Origin: an uncultured Alphaproteobacteria bacterium
GTDB lineage: Bacteria; Pseudomonadota; Alphaproteobacteria; HIMB59; GCA-002718135
Assembly: GCA_902628645.1 (NCBI GenBank)
Contig: CACONS010000006.1
Span: forward strand, 1,731-65,730
Direction of reading: 5' to 3'
Length of the DNA: 64,000 nucleotides
In this document: positions 32,506 to 39,248 of the stretch, one piece after another
How positions within the stretch are numbered: the first letter of the stretch is position 1
How the letters are laid out: each line of letters begins with the position of its first letter
Made by a program: the position numbers and the translations under genes
Notes under the pieces: model-generated
Database searches by the model: none
Told to the model about the DNA's origin: nothing
What the model saw: only the letters and a program-made list of their open reading frames with translations

Positions 32506-33485
32506 ATTTTAGGAACATTCATTGTTATACAATGAATATTTCCTCCACCATAATTTATATTTTCAGTTTCCAACATGATAATTTCTCGATTTGGGAATAA
32601 CTTTTGGAAAGTTAATTTAACTTCATTGTCTTCTTTAACATTGAATTGAGGTAGTATAATTTTATTTTTACTAAAATAGAAGTTTATATATGAACTAACA
32701 ATATACTTATTATTTATCTTTTTTCGTGTAGGTAAAGGAATTTCAATTAATTCAAATATCTGATTGGTGTCTTGAAAGAATTTTACTAGATTGGCTTTAT
32801 TTTTTTCTAATATTTCATAGTTAGGGTCTAATTTATGCGTAGTGGCAATTAAATATTTATTTTTTCCAATAGGACATAATAAATTATCTACATGACCATC
32901 AGTATCATCGTCCTTTAATCCATTTTCAAATAAAAAAATATGATTTAAATCAAATAAACATTTTAATTCTTTAATAATATATTCACTACCGTATTTCTGT
33001 TTTCTATTTTTATTAAATAATACATTTTTAGTACTAAATAAATTTTTTCTATCATCATAAGTGATTGCTCCACCCTCAATAACTAAATCAGAATTTTTTG
33101 TTGGAATATCTAAATGGTTTGAAATAAATTTTGATATTTTATTATCGTTAAAATAATCTGGATATTTTCCATAACCATTATAATCAAAACTAATTGATTT
33201 TAATTTTTTATCTTCATTATAAAATATTGGTGCTATATCTCGCATCCAAGAGTCATCTAACTTACACTCTATAATATCTATATTTTCAAGATTTGTTTTA
33301 TTTTCAATTTCATTAATATCTTCTTTATTTGATAAGACAATTACACGTTCAGTTTTTGCGATTTCATTAATTACGTTAGCAACCTCATCTCTAGCGTTAT
33401 TGATAATATCTCCATAAAGATCTTTGTTACATGGCCAAGCAATAAGACAATATTGATGTTCAAACCATTCAGGAATTAGTTTCAT
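32502..33485 (-). CDS. aguA: agmatine deiminase
   Basis: PAD_porph family. EWFEHQYCLIAWP, WMRDIAPIF, DGHVDN, and a C-terminal GGGNIHCIT catalytic Cys. Confidence 0.88.
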   Translation of the reverse strand: MKLIPEWFEHQYCLIAWPCNKDLYGDIINNARDEVANVINEIAKTERVIVLSNKEDINEIENKTNLENIDIIECKLDDSWMRDIAPIFYNEDKKLKSISFDYNGYGKYPDYFNDNKISKFISNHLDIPTKNSDLVIEGGAITYDDRKNLFSTKNVLFNKNRKQKYGSEYIIKELKCLFDLNHIFLFENGLKDDDTDGHVDNLLCPIGKNKYLIATTHKLDPNYEILEKNKANLVKFFQDTNQIFELIEIPLPTRKKINNKYIVSSYINFYFSKNKIILPQFNVKEDNEVKLTFQKLFPNREIIMLETENINYGGGNIHCITMNVPKI

Positions 33486-33498
33486 AAAATATAAAAAT

Positions 33499-34077
33499 AT
33501 GTATAATTATTACATGTCTAAAGATGAAGTAAAATTCACTGAAATGAAATATGGTGATAAAGAAGATTACGATCTTTTAGCAAATTTTGAAGACAAATAT
33601 ATCGAGGGAACAGCTGATAGAATTGTTAGAGTGCTTCAAGGTTTAGACAAATCAATGGGTGGATATAAGGTTTCAAGATTAGAACATTCTCTTCAAACAG
33701 CGTCACGAGCTCTAAGGGAGCAGGCTTCTGAAGAGATGGTAGTTGCCGCACTATTACATGATATTGGTGATGAAATAGCTCCATTAAATCATTCCGAACT
33801 AGCTGCAGCTGTCTTAAAACCATTTGTTTCAGAAAAAACTAGATGGATAGTAGAGCAACATGGTTTATTTCAGGCATATTATTATAACCATCACTATGGC
33901 AAAGAAAGAAATCTTCGTGACAAATTTATAGGGCATGAATTTTTTAATGATACAATAAATTTTTGTGAAAGATGGGATCAATCTTCATTTGACCCAAATT
34001 ATGATACTGTGCCTTTAAAAGAATTTGTTCCTATGGTTCAAAGAATATTTAATAGAACTCCATATAGAAATTTGTAA
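33499..34077 (+). CDS. HD-domain protein with PhnZ/TmpB-type (mixed-valent diiron oxygenase) ligand set
   Basis: RLEHSLQTA...AALLHDIGD...NHSELAA...EQHG...ERWDQ gives the H, HD, H, H, D pattern and matches remembered PhnZ (QLEHSLQCA...AALLHDLGH...QHEKVG...EGHV...AWDE). The start may be the Met at 33514. Confidence 0.6.
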   Translation: MYNYYMSKDEVKFTEMKYGDKEDYDLLANFEDKYIEGTADRIVRVLQGLDKSMGGYKVSRLEHSLQTASRALREQASEEMVVAALLHDIGDEIAPLNHSELAAAVLKPFVSEKTRWIVEQHGLFQAYYYNHHYGKERNLRDKFIGHEFFNDTINFCERWDQSSFDPNYDTVPLKEFVPMVQRIFNRTPYRNL

Positions 34078-34545
34078 TTACTTCTTCAGCTTTTGGATAA
34101 GGGTAAGTTCTCCTGGATCAAAGTTTTTTTTATTTTCTTGAATAAATTTATCTATATCTTGTTGCTTTTCTAATTCTAATTCAGAAACTTTTCTAACATT
34201 TAAATCAACATACAAAGAGCAAACCTCTGTTGTTGCTGCTCTATAACCTTCAAGCTTATGTGTCATTTCTAATTTATAAATTAATCTTTTTTTATCCCTA
34301 TCAAGAAATAACAAATTAATATCTACTTCATCACCCTCTTTAACTTCTTTGTCATAAGTAGTGTGTGATTCTACAGCAAAAGTAGTTTTTTTCTCTGTTT
34401 TAGCTGAATTCTCTCCCATATTAAATTTTTGTAAAAGAACTTCCCACCCAGCATCGAAAAGATGAATATAAAATGCCAAATTCATATGACCGTTATAATC
34501 AGTCCACTCATTTTTAACTCTTCCTGAATTTAAATATATCTTCAT
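34078..34545 (-). CDS. 4HBT/hotdog-fold acyl-CoA thioesterase (candidate betainyl-CoA thioesterase, CdhB-like)
   Basis: 155 aa hotdog-fold pattern (DYNGHMN...). Divergently paired with the BKACE and carnitine dehydrogenase genes. Confidence 0.6.
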   Translation of the reverse strand: MKIYLNSGRVKNEWTDYNGHMNLAFYIHLFDAGWEVLLQKFNMGENSAKTEKKTTFAVESHTTYDKEVKEGDEVDINLLFLDRDKKRLIYKLEMTHKLEGYRAATTEVCSLYVDLNVRKVSELELEKQQDIDKFIQENKKNFDPGELTLIQKLKK

Positions 34546-34587
34546 TGTTTCTCTTTATTAATTCAAAAAATATAGTAGTTTAAAACT

Positions 34588-35478
34588 ATGAATAATGAAG
34601 TAATAATTTCATGTGCGGTAACTGGATCTGGAGATACAGCAGGTAAACATCCTGAATTACCCATAACACCAAAACAAATTGCTGATGCTTCAATTGAAGC
34701 CGCTAAAGCAGGTGCTGCAATAGCTCATGTACATGTTAGGGAACCTGATGGCAAACCTTCTAGAAATTTAAATTATTATAAAGAAGTAGCAGACAGAATT
34801 CGTTCATCTGAAACTGATGTTGTTTTAAATTTTACAACAGGCATGGGTGGTGATTTTGAAGTAGGAACAGGTAAAGATCCTTTAAATCCAGTGGGAGCAA
34901 ATACAGATATGATCGACGCATTAAGCAGATTAGAACATGTTGAAGAATTATTACCTGAAATTTGTACGTTAGATTGCGGATCACTTAATTTTGGTGACTC
35001 AAACATGACATTTATTCATACACCGATACAACTAAGAACTGCTGCAAAAAAAATGCAGGAACTTGGAGTGAAACCAGAAATGGAAGCTTTTGAAATGGGT
35101 CATTTATGGTTTGCTAACCAACTTTATAAAGAAGGCTTAATTGATGGCCCTCCTTTTTATCAAATATGCCTTGGTATTCCCTGGGGATCACCAGCAACAA
35201 CCAGCGCAATGAAAGCAATGGCTGAAATGGTGCCTTCTGAGGGTATTTGGTCTGGATTTGGAATAGGAAGATCTCAAATGCCAATGGCTGCACAAGCAGT
35301 TATTTTGGGAGGAAATGTTCGTGTAGGACTGGAAGATAATCTTTATTTAAAGAGAGGTGTTTTTGCATCAAATGCACAGTTAGTAGAAAAGGCAAGATGC
35401 ATTGTTGAGGATATGGGGGCATCTATTTTGTCTCCACAGCAGACAAGAGAGAAATTAAAACTAAAAAAACATTTTTAA
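34588..35478 (+). CDS. beta-keto acid cleavage enzyme (BKACE/DUF849), candidate 3-dehydrocarnitine cleavage enzyme
   Basis: [23 protein letters not shown]...[15 protein letters not shown] is typical of the Kce/BKACE family. Sits immediately upstream of carnitine dehydrogenase. Confidence 0.8.
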   Translation: MNNEVIISCAVTGSGDTAGKHPELPITPKQIADASIEAAKAGAAIAHVHVREPDGKPSRNLNYYKEVADRIRSSETDVVLNFTTGMGGDFEVGTGKDPLNPVGANTDMIDALSRLEHVEELLPEICTLDCGSLNFGDSNMTFIHTPIQLRTAAKKMQELGVKPEMEAFEMGHLWFANQLYKEGLIDGPPFYQICLGIPWGSPATTSAMKAMAEMVPSEGIWSGFGIGRSQMPMAAQAVILGGNVRVGLEDNLYLKRGVFASNAQLVEKARCIVEDMGASILSPQQTREKLKLKKHF

Positions 35479-35479
35479 T

Positions 35480-36400
35480 TTGAAAAATATTGCTGTTATT
35501 GGAACTGGTGTAATTGGTACTGGCTGGATACTTAGATTTCTCGCAAATGATATAAAAGTCAAAGCATTTGATAAAAATTCACAACAAATAAATTTTCTAA
35601 AAGAAGAAATAATAAGAACAAAGTTAATTATAAAAAAGTTATATAATACAAAAATAAATATTAAAAATTTGGAAATCGTAGAAAATATTGAGGAAGCAGT
35701 TAAAAATGCAGATTTAATACAGGAAAATGTACCTGAAAGATTAACTTTAAAAAAAGATGTTATAAAAAATATAAGCAAACATTCACCCTCAAACTCAATA
35801 ATTGCTTCAAGTTCATCTGGTTTACTTCCATCTGATTTACAGTTTAAATGTGTCAATCCAAAAAGATTAATAATAGCTCATCCTTTTAACCCTGTATATA
35901 TTCTCCCTTTGGTTGAAATTGTAAAAGGTAAAAAAACTACAAATTTATATCTTAATAAGGCAAAAAAATTTTATCAAAATATTAAAATGAAAACATTATT
36001 AGTAGAAAAAGAATTACCAGGCTTTTTATCTGATAGATTACAAGAAGCTTTGTGGAGAGAAGGATTACATATTGTAAATGATGGATTTGCTTCAACAAAA
36101 GATTTAGATGATGCGATCACTTATGGACCAGGTATGAGGTGGGCTCTAATGGGAACTTTTCTTACATTTCATCTAGCTGGGGGAGAAATGGGCATGAAAC
36201 ACATGTTAGATCAATTTGGACCAGCATTGAAACTTCCATGGACTAAACTCAAATCTCCAAAGTTAACAAAAAAACTTAAAGAAAAAATTATTAAAGGAAC
36301 AAAAAAACAATCAAATAATCATTCTATTAAAAATTTAAGTAACATAAGAGATAATTTCTTAATAGATTTGCTAGAATTAAAGAAAAAATATAAATTATAA
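35480..36400 (+). CDS. lcdH: L-carnitine 3-dehydrogenase (3-hydroxyacyl-CoA dehydrogenase fold)
   Basis: TTG start. GTGVIGTGW Rossmann motif, and HPFNPVYILPLVEIV...PGFLSDRLQEALWREGLHIVNDG...MRWALMGTFLTFHLAGGEMGMKHMLDQFGPALKLPWTKL, closely matching remembered Pseudomonas/Xanthomonas carnitine dehydrogenases. Confidence 0.85.
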   Translation: MKNIAVIGTGVIGTGWILRFLANDIKVKAFDKNSQQINFLKEEIIRTKLIIKKLYNTKINIKNLEIVENIEEAVKNADLIQENVPERLTLKKDVIKNISKHSPSNSIIASSSSGLLPSDLQFKCVNPKRLIIAHPFNPVYILPLVEIVKGKKTTNLYLNKAKKFYQNIKMKTLLVEKELPGFLSDRLQEALWREGLHIVNDGFASTKDLDDAITYGPGMRWALMGTFLTFHLAGGEMGMKHMLDQFGPALKLPWTKLKSPKLTKKLKEKIIKGTKKQSNNHSIKNLSNIRDNFLIDLLELKKKYKL

Positions 36401-36402
36401 TT

Positions 36403-37410
36403 ATGACAATAGTATCAAAATATGTAGCTCTAAAGAATTATATACCAACTGGTTTGCCCAAAAAGGATGATTTTGAAATTAAATCTAAAACCTTAGAATT
36501 AAATGATACTAATAATATTCATGTTCTTAATTCATGGATATCTGTTGATCCGTATATGAGAGCAAGAATGACAGAACGTAAAAACTATAAACCACCCTTT
36601 TTACTAGGTGAGGAAATGGAAGGTTATGCCATTGGTTCAATCCAAAAATCAAAAGATTCACAATTTAAAGAAGGAGATGTTGTATTCAGTAATTTTGGAA
36701 TGAGAGATCACTTCACTTGTAAAGGCAGCGATTTAAAAAAAATCAAAAATTCTGACCTTCCATTACAAACTTATCTAGGCCCATTAGGAATGACTGGACA
36801 AACTGCATATATTGGTCTTTTTAGTCATGGAAAAATACAAAAGGGACAAAGTATTCTTGTATCTTCAGCAGGTGGAAGTGTTGGATCAACAGTTTGTCAA
36901 ATTGCTAAAAATTTAGGATGTAAAGTTTATGCTAGTACTGGATCAGATGAAAAAGTTAATTGGTTAAAAAATGAATTAAATGTTGATGCAGCGTTTAATT
37001 ATAAAAAAATTGACAATCTTGTTCTTCACTTAAAAGAAATTTGCCCTGAAGGTTTTGACTTATACTTTGATAATGTTGGAGGTGATTTTTTAGAGTCTGC
37101 AATTTTTCGAATGAAAAATTTTGGAAGAATTATTATTTGTGGAAGAATATCTCAAATGAATTCAACTTCCACTCCTAGTGGACTAAAAAATATGGCTCAT
37201 GTATTAGTAAAAAGATTAACAATAAAAGGTTTTTTAATTTTTGATCATGAGAATGATAATGAACCATTTGAAACTGATATGCGTAATTGGCTTTTAGATG
37301 GAAAAATAAAATTTAAAGAAACAATTTATGAAAAAATAGAAAATGCTCCAAAAGCATTTATAGATTTACTTAATGGTAAAAATTTAGGTAAAATGTTAGT
37401 TAAAATCTAA
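36403..37410 (+). CDS. NADP-dependent medium-chain reductase (YncB/CurA/alkenal-reductase-like, zinc-independent MDR)
   Basis: 335 aa. SVDPYMRARM, the GLFSHGKIQKGQSILVSSAGGSVGSTVCQIAK nucleotide-binding stretch, and a C-terminal GKNLGKMLVKI. Confidence 0.8.
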   Translation: MTIVSKYVALKNYIPTGLPKKDDFEIKSKTLELNDTNNIHVLNSWISVDPYMRARMTERKNYKPPFLLGEEMEGYAIGSIQKSKDSQFKEGDVVFSNFGMRDHFTCKGSDLKKIKNSDLPLQTYLGPLGMTGQTAYIGLFSHGKIQKGQSILVSSAGGSVGSTVCQIAKNLGCKVYASTGSDEKVNWLKNELNVDAAFNYKKIDNLVLHLKEICPEGFDLYFDNVGGDFLESAIFRMKNFGRIIICGRISQMNSTSTPSGLKNMAHVLVKRLTIKGFLIFDHENDNEPFETDMRNWLLDGKIKFKETIYEKIENAPKAFIDLLNGKNLGKMLVKI

Positions 37411-38850
37411 TTAAATTGTAACGTAGGGAGAGGTGCCACGATATTTAATATCTAAACGTAACTCCTTGTCTATTGGAGGAAACGCTCTTTGTTGACATTC
37501 AGTTCTAGGACAAATTCGACATGAAACACCAATTGGCATTTGAAGTTTCTTATTATCCAAATCTATACCTTCAGAATAAACTAAATCTTTTGCATATTGC
37601 ATATCACATCCGAGACCTATGGAAACGAAACTCTTAGGCATACCGTGTTTTTCAACTCCTTTTTCAAATGCTCTAGCTATACAAAAATAAACTTTTCCAT
37701 CTGGCATTTTTGAGATTTGAGGATGAATTTTTCCAGGGTTTAAAAAAGAAGTATAAACATTCCATCTAGGACATGATCCACCATGTCTAGGAATATGAAT
37801 GCCAGATAATGAAAATCTTTTTGAAACATTGCCAGCAATATCAGTTTTTAAAAAATGAAATGGAACACCTTCATTGCCAGGTCTTTGAAGATTTGTTAAT
37901 CGATGAGTTACTTGTTCGAAGCTACATGCATAATGATGCATTAAAATTTCAACATCGTATTTATGCTGTTTAGCACTTTTTAAAAAATCATCATATGGCA
38001 TCATAAATGCAGCAGCATAATAATTAATTAATGATAATTTAAGGAGAGGTACAACTTCTTCAGATTCAATGCTATTATTTTGAATTACCTTTTCTATTAC
38101 ATCATTAGCTTCAAGATAAGCTACTTGCGAAGCTAAATGAAAATTTCTCGAAGTATATGTTAACATTTCTGAAAGATAAAAAATTTTTGATTTTTCATCA
38201 AATCTTTTGACAATTTTTTCATCTTCACTAACGGTTACAATTTTGACCTTAATTTTATGTTTTGTCTCAAGAAATTTTGTTAATTTAGAACCAGATCCTA
38301 TATTTGGTCCATTTTCTAATCCAATTTCATCTCTTAATTTTTCAGAACTCAATTCAAGCTCGTGAAAGTAATTTTTATTTTCCTGAAGTATATCTGATAC
38401 TATTTCTACTGGAAGTCTAGTTGGTTTACTTATATCACCTGAGGTAATATCCATTGTTTCTAAACGATTTTGCATATCTTCTTTAAAACTTTTAAAACTA
38501 TCGTTAATGGCTAATAAAGCTTTTGCAATGTTTGGGTTAGAACCAATAAAATTACTTGTATCGTGATTTGTAATTTTTAAATCATCAAAAATCTCATTAC
38601 TTAAAACATCCATTACATCTGATAGGAGTCTTTTATTAGATTCTGCTGAGAAATCTTTTATGGATAAATCTAGTTCATCAGCAGCTTTTATTAACAGTGA
38701 AACAGGTATTTTTCTTTTTCCACTCTCTATTAAGTTAAGATAACTAGGTGATATTCCAATTGATTTAGATAATTTAGCTTGTGAAAAACCCTTATTAATC
38801 CTTTGTTTTTTTAGTCTTGGCCCTAAATTTATTTCTGTATTAGTATGCAT
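37411..38850 (-). CDS. XRE-HTH + ImmA/IrrE-like + DUF2083 regulator (short-chain fatty acyl-CoA regulator, ScfR/RamB/PccR family)
   Basis: N-terminal LKKQRINKGFSQAKLSKSIGISPSYLNLIESGKR (HTH_3). About 470 aa architecture with a C-terminal Cys-rich segment (CPRWNV...CRICPRTEC). Confidence 0.75.
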   Translation of the reverse strand: MHTNTEINLGPRLKKQRINKGFSQAKLSKSIGISPSYLNLIESGKRKIPVSLLIKAADELDLSIKDFSAESNKRLLSDVMDVLSNEIFDDLKITNHDTSNFIGSNPNIAKALLAINDSFKSFKEDMQNRLETMDITSGDISKPTRLPVEIVSDILQENKNYFHELELSSEKLRDEIGLENGPNIGSGSKLTKFLETKHKIKVKIVTVSEDEKIVKRFDEKSKIFYLSEMLTYTSRNFHLASQVAYLEANDVIEKVIQNNSIESEEVVPLLKLSLINYYAAAFMMPYDDFLKSAKQHKYDVEILMHHYACSFEQVTHRLTNLQRPGNEGVPFHFLKTDIAGNVSKRFSLSGIHIPRHGGSCPRWNVYTSFLNPGKIHPQISKMPDGKVYFCIARAFEKGVEKHGMPKSFVSIGLGCDMQYAKDLVYSEGIDLDNKKLQMPIGVSCRICPRTECQQRAFPPIDKELRLDIKYRGTSPYVTI

Positions 38851-38866
38851 TTACAAAATTTACAAA
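38849..38866 (+). promoter_or_regulatory. exact tandem repeat ATTTACAAA x2 abutting the regulator start codon; candidate operator
   Basis: ATTTACAAAATTTACAAA read directly. It overlaps the CAT (ATG on the minus strand) of the ScfR-like gene. Confidence 0.45.
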
Positions 38867-38940
38867 ATATGTTTTTAACAAGTAATTTTGTTTACATCAA
38901 AATCAAGATAAATGCTAGTTTTTTTGAATTTATTTCTTTA

Positions 38941-38958
38941 AATGTAAATATTGTAAAT
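38941..38958 (-). promoter_or_regulatory. tandem ATTTACAWT x2 in inverted orientation, 2 nt upstream of the small-ORF ATG; candidate operator
   Basis: The plus strand reads AATGTAAATATTGTAAAT, which is ATTTACAAT-ATTTACATT on the minus strand. It has the same 9-bp register as the left pair. Confidence 0.45.
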
Positions 38959-38959
38959 T

Positions 38960-39139
38960 ATGAATAGTAAATTAACTGAAAATATTAATAATCAAAAAGA
39001 AGGTTTAGAACAGAGTTCTATTGAGAAAAAGGTTCTTGAGGGATCTATTGACTCTAACTACGATCTTAACTTGGCTGATGGCATAGAAGCCTATTATAGT
39101 GAAAGATATGGTTGGACGCTTAGAAGAAAGTCTCTGTAA
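38960..39139 (+). CDS. unlisted 59-codon ORF (MNSKLTENINNQKEGLEQSSIEKKVLEGSIDSNYDLNLADGIEAYYSERYGWTLRRKSL), hypothetical
   Basis: Hand-translated ATG...TAA ORF, just under the 60-aa track cutoff, in the only large intergenic gap. GC is higher than the flanking spacer. No SD and no recognised homology. Confidence 0.3.
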   Translation: MNSKLTENINNQKEGLEQSSIEKKVLEGSIDSNYDLNLADGIEAYYSERYGWTLRRKSL

Positions 39140-39245
39140 CTCCAATTTTATTTAAGGCCTACTTCCCTCCTTAAATTTAAATATTTCCTACCTTCCTATA
39201 AGATAAAAATAAAATCTTAGGTTTTAACCTAAGATTTTTCTTATT
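39140..39245 (+). ncRNA. candidate sRNA or structured 3' UTR: C/U-rich anti-SD hairpin plus terminator
   Basis: 8-bp stem 39150-39157/39169-39176 with the loop CCTACTTCCCT, a second CU-rich stretch TTCCTACCTTCCT, then a 13-bp terminator hairpin and U-rich tail. Confidence 0.25.
39211..39239. terminator. bidirectional rho-independent terminator (small ORF/sRNA on the plus strand, betA-like operon on the minus strand)
   Basis: AAAATCTTAGGTT-TT-AACCTAAGATTTT is a perfect 13-bp inverted repeat with T-runs on both strands. Confidence 0.8.
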
Positions 39246-39248
39246 TAA

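Noticed and set aside
33499-35478. Locally elevated GC over the HD / thioesterase / BKACE genes as a sign of recent horizontal transfer
   Set aside because: There are no flanking repeats, tRNA, integrase or abrupt intergenic changes. The shift tracks conserved Gly/Ala-rich protein cores and can be explained by amino-acid constraint. It cannot be tested without genome-wide statistics.
35461-35856. 131-aa minus-strand ORF
   Set aside because: It is antisense to the carnitine dehydrogenase gene, which is colinear with known enzymes. Its product is low-complexity and Phe/Ile-rich.
38999-39145. Minus-strand TTG ORF (about 47 codons) antisense to the 59-codon ORF, preceded by AAGGAGGG
   Set aside because: The SD-like sequence is about 22 nt from the TTG, which is too far. 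The product is hydrophobic and low-complexity. The GA-rich stretch is better explained as the complement of the CU-rich motifs on the plus strand.
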